Shown here: one piece after another, positions 37,682 to 48,175 of the stretch | Position numbering within the stretch: position 1 is the stretch's first letter | How the letters are laid out: every line of letters starts with the position of its first letter | Source of the DNA: Amoebophrya sp. A120 | Taxonomy: Eukaryota; Protista; Dinoflagellata | Reading direction: 5' to 3' | DNA: 64,000 bases | NCBI GenBank assembly: GCA_905178155.1 | Contig: CAJINV010000014.1 | Location: forward strand, 2,265,923-2,329,922 | Notes under the pieces: generated by a model | Told to the model about the DNA's origin: nothing | The model's input: only the letters and a program-made list of their open reading frames with translations | Database searches by the model: none | Translations under genes and position numbers: made by a program

Positions 37682-39485
37682 TCACCCCGCCGGCGTCGCG
37701 GTGGCCGCACTTGGTGCTTCGGGCATGATGTACTCCATGAGCCACTTTGGCGGAAAAGACTCGTACACCAGTCGCAAGAACCTCGTCAGCGTACCCGGGC
37801 CTGAATCGGGGAGCAACGGTTTCACGGGGTTTTCCAGCACAGGGTTGAGCCAGGTCGTTTTCTCACATAACGTCTCCGGGATCACGCTGAAAGATGTTCA
37901 CGTACACTTCTAAGGATGACAAACAGACTTTGAAGACAGACTTTGCCCTTCTCATGCATGGTCATGTTCATGCGCCATCATAACTGAACGATGAAGAAGA
38001 AGAACAAGCGAGGAAAAGTAAAAGCAGTGATGCGAATGTTTTACCCTCCCGACGCCTCTTCCACGTTTTCCAGCACGTAAGTCTTGGCTTCCTCCTCCGT
38101 CATCCCCCGCGACGCCACCAGACTGTCAATCGCGGCCTGCAGTTCCGGCTTGATTTCCTTCTTGTCGGTCCCGCTGACGCCGTTCAGCTGCTTGATAGTC
38201 ACCTCTATGGATGTGTCAGGATCGAAATCAACAAAATCGAAATAATTTGTGATGCATAAGATCGATACCAGTTGGAGCCTCAGTTTCCAAGTGGTGCATG
38301 ACAAATTTCGGGAGCACCAAAGTCCAGCCTGTCATGCTGTTTCGGCAAAGAAGACTGCTCCTGTCATGCTTCTCTGGAAGCGCATCGTCTTCCCTAAACA
38401 GGCTGGCAATCGGTCTCATTTGCCTGCTCCCCAATACAGGCCATATGTGCCCTACATTTTATGCATTACAAATTTTTCGACTCTGTCGATTTCGATCCTG
38501 ACACATCCATAACCTCCGCGTGGGAAATAAACTCCCCGTAGTCGTTCCCCACCGGCTGACAGGAATTCGCGCAGAACTCGTTTTATCAAATGTAAAAGTG
38601 TCTGGGTCTGAAAGATTGCGAGATTTGTCATGCTTGTCTAGGATGACCAAAAAGTTTGTGATGCGTGTCCAAGAAGAGACCCTTTTGCCTGTCATGCAAA
38701 AACGCAGTTTGTCATGCGAAAAACGCAACACAAAGAAGCGCAGATATTTCTCATGCTTGGCTGTGCATTACAGAGCATTTACAATTCCCAACGCAGCATT
38801 ACAAGTTTTCAGACCCAGACATTTTTACATTTGATACGTTTAACGTGATCTGCTTGGAAATGGGGAAGTTGATCCCCACCTGCAAGGCCAACGCCGGCTC
38901 GATGGTGCAGTACGGCCGTAGCGGGTCGGACACCTGGCAGCTCAGCGACTCCGCTTTGAACCGACACTCCATGCGCGTCTCGCCGTCAAAGGTCGGAATC
39001 GACTCACCGCGACAGCAATCGGCGCAGCGACAAAAGGGAAAAGAATTCAAGTCAACCGTTTCCATCAGGAAGGTTTTTGCCGCGACGTTTTGGATTGGTC
39101 GTGTGAGGAGTAATGGACTTAGAGAGGCGAGAAAACTACAAAAGGAGTAGGAGTAGCTTGATCGTGGATGTACAGCTCTTGTTTTCTGGTAGTTTTTATC
39201 CTGATGCTGATCTGATCGTCTCGCAAGACCCTGGGTTTTGCTCCGCACTCCTCGGACGTCTCCATTTTTGTGAAGCGTCGACTTCAGCAGGCGCCGATCG
39301 AAGCCGAAACTGCAAGAGGCACTGCAGGTCGCCGAGACATGCCGACGTGTTCTTCGCAACGCGCCTGCAGCTAGTACGCGTCCTCGTCTACTAATCGAGG
39401 TGCCTGCACATGTCGACGGCGAGCTCTTGGAGGACAACATGGTAACTATTGTTTTTGATGTTCGCTCAGTCCCTATCATGGTCAT
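37682..39485 (-). CDS. Cys-rich (CxCxxCC...FCxxxC) protein, probably secreted or membrane-targeted; 4 exons
   Basis: Reconstruction ...CRCADCC...QITLN|EFCANSCQPVG...HAEV|TIKQLNG...EASGG|VIPETLC. Two introners (38584, 38206) and a GT-AG intron at 37887-38044. Start and extreme 3' end uncertain. Confidence 0.75.
38206..38511. mobile_element. Introner-like element (306 bp), family C
   Basis: Perfect 24-bp TIR TATGGATGTGTCAGGATCGAAATC, perfect TSD ACCTC. Homologous to the reverse complement of 54510-54817. Confidence 0.93.
38584..38836. mobile_element. Introner-like element / non-canonical intron (253 bp), family B
   Basis: TIR TATCAAATGTAAAA(G/A)TGTCTGGGTCTGAAA, perfect TSD CGTTT. Homologous to the reverse complement of 52715-52962. 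Confidence 0.93.
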
Positions 39486-40078
39486 TTAGAAGGCCGTGGA
39501 TTCCGTGCAACAGCAAATTGGTTTGTCAAAGAAGCAGAATCTGATTCCTTTCCGGAACACGGAAAAGGAAACGACCCGCTAGAGCAAGTACCACAACATG
39601 CAACTAGAACTATCGCCATTTTGTGCCTGCCCATGAGTGGCAGAGTAGATGGTGCCAGAAACGTGTTCATTTCTCACTTAAATTCATGTGCTCTCGTCAC
39701 CTCGTCCTGCTCGTTCCTCTTCTTTACTTACTCTGTACTAGCATTCTTCTTTCTTACATCACTGCAGCCACGTTGCGCTGGCAATGGTAGCTCAAGAAAA
39801 CACATCATTCAACAGGTTCATTCTATATAGAGAAAGTGGTAGAGACAGTGGACAAGACCAGTGCTGCTCTGTTCGCTTTTCAATCTGCTCCTGCAACTAC
39901 AGCACGATACACAGCTTATTTCGTTCATCCGTGCGCACTGGCGCTACATCGTCCATGGAAAAGAAAACGCTTCTTTCTCCACCTTCTTTAAAAGGACACT
40001 TACATTACCAAGGTGCTTGGACTAGCACCCGTGCCCGCCTCAACATCTCCGTGAACTCGAAGTCTATTTCATCACGTC

Positions 40079-41202
40079 TCAACGCCGAAACCCAAACGCT
40101 TCCGCCGCGTACGTCACAGCATCGTTGTAGTCCGGTGCTTTCAGTCCCGTGTGCTGCAGTTCGTTAACCTCTTGCGCGTCCTCATTGTTGATGCACGTGG
40201 CCTGCGGGGTGGCTCCGCCGTTGCCGGGAGAAACTAAGAATGGAGGAAACGAGGTTATCATTTGAACATCAAAAGCTATGCACGTCACACGAACGCATCT
40301 TCGAATATGAGCAACATGAAGAGTTCATCAGTTTCTAGAAGACGAAAAGCAAGCTGAAGAAGCTTCTTGAACAAGCTAATCGAGCCGATGCTAGCAAAAA
40401 TCTTCGCTCGCAACGATTTCTAAGCATATACCACTGCCTCCCTCGATGTAGGCATTGTTCAACCGCGTCCGCTATCCTGAGTAAAAACGTCCCCACGCCA
40501 GAGTTGTAATGCAGATTTCGAAAGACAGGAAGACTTGTAATGCGCATACCCATGAGAGCCATTTCTACTCGTGTTTTGGAACTTGTGATGCTGTGAACAG
40601 GATGAGCAGATGAATCTGTGATGCGGCTGCACTTGCTAACCTGCACTACAGCACAGCAGAGCGCAACTTGTCATGCGTGACTCACAAAACTCCTAGGTTT
40701 GTGTTGCAAAATCCCCATCCTGACTCTGGCGTGGGTACGTTTTTACTCAGGATATCCGCTGCGCGTTCGACGTTCCGCCAGCGGCCGGCACGCTGCAGTA
40801 GCTGGCGCAGTACTGGTCGTAGTCCGTGGCCGTTGTGGTCGCCCAGGACCCCGCGCTCACTTCGGTGCAAGTGGCCTGTTGGCACTGACCGGTCGGCTCC
40901 CCGTCTTCGTTGTTCGCCTGGTCTAAAGTGGTCAAATTGATCCGGCGACAAGTCAACTTCCGGTGCACTTCGGTCACGATGCAGCACCCGCAACTGCACC
41001 CATCCTGCGCGATGTCGTAGATCTCATTGGCAAAAATGTTCCTCGTCTTCTGCAGTTTCTTCTGCGCTCTACTTGCCGCGCGGTGTAGGGAGAGGTGCTG
41101 CTGCAAATTGACAGCGGTCACAGCTACCGGGAAATGAGCAGCGAGGTGGGAAGATACCAGATGAACCAGAACCATCCGCCAGATGAGGCGAAAAGGAGAC
41201 AT
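40079..41202 (-). CDS. Secreted Cys-rich protein (CSCGCC...YCASYC), 3 exons
   Basis: Signal-peptide-like MSPFRLIWRMVLVHLVSSHLAAHFPVAVTA. Introner at 40473-40754 and GT-AG intron at 40234-40431. Junctions NAQR|TRLNNAYIEGGS|VSPGNGG are in frame. Confidence 0.78.
40473..40754. mobile_element. Introner-like element / non-canonical intron (282 bp)
   Basis: Near-perfect 32-bp TIR TATCCTGAGTAAAAACGT(C/A)CCCACGCCAGAGT, perfect TSD TCCGC, several internal TTGTNATGC. Confidence 0.93.
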
Positions 41203-42277
41203 GTTTCCCTCGCGACGGCGAAACCTTCCACCACCACAGGAGGTGGTGGAGAAGCGGAGACTATGTTCCTTCCACCTCCACCATAGATGGCGAGAGCGGT
41301 TCTGAGAACGCAATTACTTCATTTTTGTACACAAGGAGCACGACAACGTCAAGGACACGGACACGGCGAGAGTTCTAGAATTCGACAAGGACGACGGAGT
41401 AAGTACTTATTTGTGGAGGTGGTCTCGAACTCCAACACCAGCGAGCTCCAACAGAATGCAGAAGAAATCACTGACTCTCACTCGCTCTTCCAGGAAAGAA
41501 AGTGTAGTTGCTATGCCAATGCCCTCTCCCTCGAAGACCTATTGTCGCAACAGCGAAGCAAGGCAAGAGCAAGAACGCCGGGACGACAAACATAAAGACC
41601 CGAATTCATGAAGATTTAAAACAGCATGTCATGGTGCAGGAAGATTTAAACAGCATGTTGGTGTACGTAGTCAACGCTGCACCAGTGCCGCTGGCAAAAC
41701 AAAAATCTTGCTTTTCATCAAGATTTCTTCTTGGGTGTCTGTTGACTGCGCGATCGAATCCTTTTTACTTACTTCCAATCTCTTCTCTTCCACCGCCTCT
41801 TCTCCCTGGGGTAAGCGGACTATCGGAGCAAACAAATTCAAATTCCAGTACACAGGAATGCAGCACATGTGCCAGAATCGCAGCGCTCCGATTAAAAATC
41901 GTGTCCGAATTTTCCGTCAGATCCCATTTTTGTACAGTTCCTTTTTGTTCTTCCCGATCTAAATCATTGCTGTCACATATTCTACACTGGCGTGGAGACG
42001 CATCTTTTTGCTCTTTCATCGACCTCTTGTACTTCACACAATCGAATCACATATACTTTTTCCATAAATTCGTACGTCACACCATGGTCTCGGTCTGGCT
42101 CAAAAATCATACACGACAGGGACAGACTTTCAGGTTTCATACTGGATCTTACTTCGCAGAAATTTTCTGCAGATAACTGTAAGCAAGGGGACGCGACAAT
42201 GGTTTTGTACCCCGGCTAGCGGTCCCGGTCGCAGTGGATGAATTATCCCTTGAACTGGATGAATCCCAATCCATTGG

Positions 42278-45200
42278 TCATCCTGGCCCCCGCCCGACAA
42301 AGGACCCGAAAAAACTCAAATTGCCACTTGCACTTCTGCTAACGGGCGCTGCTGGTCCACTCCTCCCGACAGGATCTCGAGTCGGCGTGGAAGCTGCGGA
42401 GTAAGGTTGCGTGACGTCTGAGGCATCATCTTCTGTGGAGTTCGAGTTATGAACATCTGTCGTCGCGGTCGACTGCCTCCCGATCTGCTGTGCCGCAAGA
42501 ACAGAACTACTACCACAGGACGAAATGCTTCTCGCGCTCCGGGGGGTCGGGGTCGCGCTACTATCACAGCCGTGCAGTCTTTGCCACTCTTTCAAGTTAT
42601 TCCGCGCGGTTTTCCAAAATGCATGCGCAGGGCCGTCGAACAGTCCTTCGCCAGTCTGTTTCTTCGTCTTCAACACGTTCTGCTCAAACAGGTTCATCTC
42701 CCTCTTCAGCAGCGCCCTTGCACCAAATGCTTGCAGCGCACACGCAGCCTCAAATGCTCCGATCGCAATCGCGCGCACAAGAAGGCGGGGCTGCTGCTTC
42801 GCAGGTACTACGGATAGTTGCTGATATTGAGGTGTAGCTGCACCAAGGATTTGCTCTGTAGCGTTCCTAGCACCAGCCCCAGCACCGCCAAAGGAACCAG
42901 CCCGGCTTGCGGCTGACCGACGCTGTGATCGTCCAGACGAGCTGCCGACAGGAGACGGAGCCTCGGAAATAAACGAATCCATTCCCGTCCGTCCCCGCGG
43001 CGTATTACCAACGCCAATATCCTCGGCAGCTGCAGCTGCAGCTGTGTGGTCGGCCAAAATGCCGTGCCGATCAGCACTGTAGTCGATGACTGACGGCACT
43101 TGGCGCACCAGTTTCACAACCTGCTTGAAGTTATCGGCTGCGCTGTCGGGGGAAAAGCTGTGCGCACAACTGCGGTCCACTTGGGGGTCCAGATTCGCGA
43201 GATTGAGCAAGTGTCTAGCCATGTATTCCTTCGTCCCTTCGATCGCGTTTTTGATTTGCGCTTTGCGCTGCTCGATCAGCTCTCGGGCGAGAATACGCTC
43301 CGCTTCGACCGCATCGACAGCTCCTGCTGTGGACAGCTGCGACTGGCCGTGCTCTGTGCTGCGAGTACTAGAGTTACCAGTTGTGGCTGCCTCAACAGCT
43401 GTTGGTGCTGGCGTAGGTAGACTTGTACGCGCTTCCTCTGGGAGACCGGTCGCGAAAATCGCGACACCTTCACCAGAGGAGGAAGCGGCGCCGCTAGGAT
43501 ATTGATCACGGGCTGGCCGGTACTGATGTTGACCAACTGGTAGAGGTGCCAGGCTTAGAGATCCTGCTGATGGAAAAGCCGACTCGTCTGGGTCGGCCCT
43601 TTGATGTTGCGTTGTAGTTCTTTCTGTCATTGCACGACCGAGTTGCTGTGCAGAAGTAGTTGAGTTCCTCGAATCAAGTTGCTGATCAAAGTCAAGCGTA
43701 GACAACACCGCATCGAGTTTGTCTGCGCCCTCCAAATTCCACACATTTCTGAAGAGCAATTTGGTCTTCAGCTCCCGCACCCGTGCGTCTAGTCTGCCGT
43801 ATTTCGTCGCGCGGAGAGACCAGAGGAGGGAGCGGTCTGCTGCTGTTTCTTGGCCCGTTCCTCGTTGTGAAGAAGCAGAGACAAAGCTCTCATCCCAGGG
43901 AAAGTAACGCGCACTCAAATGGTGCTGATCTTCTCGAACGGGCAGGGAAGGCCACCCCACTTGTCCGTCCGGATCGATCGCGTCAGGTCCGCGCGGAAAG
44001 TAGGATAGCAGGTAGCCGAGTGGAGAGAAGGGAAAAAGCACTGGCTTCTCGAAAGAACGGTCCTGACGTTGCGCCGGATCTAGCCCGCGCAAAAGCCATC
44101 CTTGCTGCACTTCGGTTTCGCGCTCCTGCGACTTTTGCTTGTCAATGTGCGTTCGGACGCGCAGCAACGCGGGTTGCGTCTGCACCAACGTCCCGTCTGG
44201 CACGTCAAGCGGGGCCCAGAACTGCAAATTTTGAACCTCCGCGGTTTCACAGTGCAAAAGCGCACACTCAATCAATGGTAGCGGCTCCAAAGACCGTGCC
44301 TGGAGCTCTTGGAAGGTTCCCCTTCCGCTTGTTCCCCCGCTTGGTGATAATGTCGTGTCTGTGTCAAACCCTTCCACATAATCGTCGTGCACGGGCAGAG
44401 ATAACCTCGTCGCCCCCTGTCGTGGGTTGCTGGGAAAAGGATTCTTGTAACTCTCCCCTACTGCCTGGCAGAAAAGGCGTTTGCGGTAGGCAAGGTGGCG
44501 CTTTTGTTCCTCAAGCTCGAGGCTATCGTGTTCAAAAACAGCGTTTTTCGATCCACCTTTAGTCAGCGCTGCACCACGTGGACGTGAAGCCGGTGCGACG
44601 GACAATTCGCCGAGGCAAACTTGAAAAGCCAGCTTCTCCAGTTCGATGCGTCGTCTATATTGCGTGTCTAGACCCCGCTCGTCGGACAGCAAGATATCCA
44701 GATCCTCCTGCTCGAGCTTTTCCCGCAAAGTTTTCTTCCGCTCAGCCTCTCGCTGCGCTGCCTCCTCCGCTTCTTGCTGTTTTTGCAGGCGCTTCAATTC
44801 GGCTTGTTCCCGCTTTTTTCGGAGAAATGCCCATTTCGACGGGGGCGCAGCAGGAGAAGTTGCTGGGGCACTAGTAGCACCTCCCGACGAGGATGCCGAT
44901 TGAGATGACCCAGTTGCTCGGGCGCGAGCCCGTGAAGATGCCCACTTCGGCGCGGTAAAACTTCCATATTCTCTAGCGTTCCTGGCCGCTTCCCGCACTT
45001 TCTCCGGCTTCAGGAATTCTAGGCTCTCGTCGTGGTCCGTCCTTGGGCTTGCGCTTGGCAGCACAGTAGTTCCCTGCAGAGCAGTACTACCTCGCTCTCC
45101 CACAGCTCCGGTGTGTAGTTCTACGCTGGTCCTCTCCTCCTGATTCGTGCCAGTGGAAGTTGGCAATGGATTGCCTACGCCCAGGGACGTCCTCTCCACC

Positions 45201-47156
45201 GCTTCCCGAAGTGCATCAACTGTAGAAGAATTCTCGGTCAAAGAAGACGATGCCGCGCGACCACCTGGCCCTGGTGCCTCTTCTCCAGAAATAGCTCCAA
45301 CTACAGGAAGAGCTGCAGAAGACGAAGCGGAAGCAGACGGCAGCGGCCCATTGTTATCGGTGGAGGCTCGTGCAGGAACAAGGCCAGCTCCAGTTATAGA
45401 AGGAGAAATGGTGATCGCCGACAGTGATCATCTACCAAAGAAAAATCGCAGCACACCCTCGCGGAACGGGTTTGTTTTTTAACGGACCGAAAAAATGGCG
45501 CAGCTTTTCGCAGAGTGTGGCAGTGTTCACTGCGCACATTATGCGAGCAGTGCTGGAGATGGGAAAGGCCGACAATGGCCGGACGCTTCGGGGGCCCCAG
45601 GTGCTTAGTTTTCATGGTTGCTGGGCGCATGAAACCACTCTTCCCGTCTGGCCACGAGCGCCCACGCGTTTTGGTCGTCGAGCGCTCTTACCTCGGCCGG
45701 GGCGCGGCGCTTGAAGAGGGTCGGGGCCATAGCGTAGAGCCGGTTCGTTTGGACTGCCATCCCCCGCCTGGTTCGGGCCCGGCTCTGTGCCTCGACCTTG
45801 CCCGCCTGCCGCGAATGCGTCAAGGCATCGACGGGCCGGGGGCCCGGTTCACGCACTTAAATCCGATGACGGCTGGCTTTTGCGTGCCGCCAAGGGCAGC
45901 AAATACACGGAGCCGGCGGAGAAGCGGCTCCGATACGTAAGTACTAGCAACAAGCAACGGAGGCCATGCCGTCGGTTCTTAATTTGCACCGACGGCACGA
46001 CGCAGTTTGGTGAAGGGAAAGAACGCGGCGCGACTTTCGCGCCCCGGCTTCAACATGAAGACGGCGAGGCACCTTGCTGCACGGCCGCGGCAGCTCCTGC
46101 GGCGAGTCTCTCATAGTCGGCGCAGGCACGGACCGCGATAAACACTCGCTATGCCATCACGCAGGGCCCCGGCCTAGCGCCTGCCAAGAGAGAACAAAAG
46201 CAGCGCCGCCAAATATATATAAACTTCGCCCGGCGACGAAGCGCATGCCCCGCCCGGCGCAGCCGCGGAGCCGGCTCACCTGAGAAGGGCGCAGAACTCC
46301 CAAAGCAGCCACAGCGCTGCACCGCCTCGAGCCTGGCTGCCAGTTCCTGCACCGGCCTCGGGCCCCGAACTGTGAGCGGCTGCCCCACTTGTAATTTGCA
46401 GGCCCAGCCTGGAGCCAGGGCTTCCGGGCCTTCAAGGAACTGGCGCAGAGCATACTATAGCAAGGCGTTGCTTCTTCATCTTCTTCGACAACGTGCTGCA
46501 TTTCTCGCAAAGAAACGCGTTGTCGGAAATGAGTGTCGGAAGACGACAGAAAAACACTGATCTAAATGAGAGTCGAATCACTGATCATGAAGCAAAAAGA
46601 CCCTAGTTGAATGGTGATCATCAAATCAAAAAAATCGTTTGATGATCACCATTACCACGAGCTAACAAAGGTGATCATCAAATCAAAAAAGTCGTTTGAT
46701 ATTGGTGGAGGCTCGTGCAGGAGCAAGGCCAGCTCCAGTGCTAGTGCTCGCCCAGGTTGTACTTCTCCGACCTCCTGTGCCCGCGCCGGATCGCAAATCA
46801 AAATCGGTTTCCGCTGCAGGTGGAGACGCGTCCTGCAGTGCTAGTGAATGCGCGGCACTTCCACTGGCAACATCAGGTCGAAACGGTGAAGATGACCCGA
46901 GCGCGGAAGCACGTCTTGCACCACCAGTAGATGACTGCCCAGGAGTTCCGAACAGACTCTGGAAAGTAATTTTTGGCGAGGTTCTCGAGCTTGGAGCTGC
47001 GTTCCGTTCGTTTCCTCGGTCTGCGGCTAGGACGAACAGTCCAAGCGGGGCGCTGTGCTCGTCTGTCACGCCAAAGCTTGCAAAAATGCTGCAAATCTGA
47101 CGGACACACAACACAACCCACACGCAAGATCCAAATCTTACACGCGAGAAAACCAT
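42278..47156 (-). CDS. Large uncharacterised protein (~1180-1190 aa) interrupted by a 1.3-kb insertion
   Basis: The 987-aa ORF has no ATG before an upstream stop but stays open past 45394. ORF 47156-46683 ends in the same peptide (TGAGLxPARAST). Removing the insert joins them in frame. Confidence 0.7.
45395..46701. mobile_element. 1307-bp GC-rich insertion flanked by a 38-bp direct repeat
   Basis: 45357-45394 and 46702-46739 match at 36/38. The insert starts TAT and ends ATA but lacks a proper TIR. It has a subterminal 16-bp hairpin at 46610-46653 and a duplicated 31-mer at 46613 and 46670. Confidence 0.75.
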
Positions 47157-47540
47157 TCTGATTTCTTTTTTTGCGAACTATGTAGATATTATGATGTGCC
47201 TGATTTATTCGATCAGAAACCTTTCATTCGGTGTCGTTTCACTTTCACCAGGCTGCGGAAAAAAAAAGCCTGTCTTCACAAACATTAACTTAGTACACTT
47301 GCAATTCTACTACAACTACATCGCTCAAGGATAATAATCACAATACGAATACCCTTCAAAAGTACCCGCGATTTTTTTTTGTACACTCTACTTCTTGAAA
47401 CAGTTGGCAATATAATAATCGTAGTAATATTTGAAGCTGGAGATGCATTTGGATCGGGATCGGGAATGAAATTGAAAAGAAAAAGCGGATCGTAGAAAAA
47501 ATAAAATAATTAACTACTTCAAAGTAAAACACAAAAACTA

Positions 47541-47595
47541 CTCCAACAAAAATAAGGTCAGCATTACAGTAATGCTGACCTTATTTTTGTTGGAG
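47541..47595. repeat. Perfect palindrome, 27-bp arms, 1-nt loop
   Basis: CTCCAACAAAAATAAGGTCAGCATTAC-A-GTAATGCTGACCTTATTTTTGTTGGAG. Confidence 0.95.
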
Positions 47596-47655
47596 AAGAT
47601 CATACATGCAAGCAATGCTAGTAATTTACTAGCATTGCTTGCATGTATGATCTTC
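47595..47655. repeat. Perfect palindrome, 30-bp arms, 1-nt loop
   Basis: GAAGATCATACATGCAAGCAATGCTAGTAA-T-TTACTAGCATTGCTTGCATGTATGATCTTC. Confidence 0.95.
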
Positions 47656-48175
47656 ATCATCTGATATATCGAACGAACTGTGTACTTACCATCCACAGCC
47701 TCTCTTCCTCTTGCAGAGCTTTGCATTGTTTCACGCGTGGGATCCAACTAGTGACTGAAATAGCGCCACGCAAATTTACAATAAGGCTTTCCGTGGCATC
47801 CCTACGTGAAGAACAGTCAGTGAGCGTAAGCATGATCAATTTCCTGGCGCAATTGAAACAGGCGTCGACTTTTGCTTTTCTAATGTTTGCATAATTTTAT
47901 AGTTGAGTCGTGTCACCAGAATTTTGATTTTCAAACTGCTCATAGATGTTTTTTGATACACTTGCGCAAAAGGTCTTGGTGGGTGCTAGCGAATGACTCC
48001 GGTGCTATAACTTTGCTTGGTGCTACTGCGTGGTCTGCGTATTTTTCAACTCTTCAATTCAGTGAAAGCATTGTAGTACTAGGAGCCTCCAGCTACAAGA
48101 GTTTATTCGGAAGTTTTGTCTTGCGAGGAGAATCATCATGCTCGTTCTTCTATCTTCTTGTTCTTCTTCACTTTC

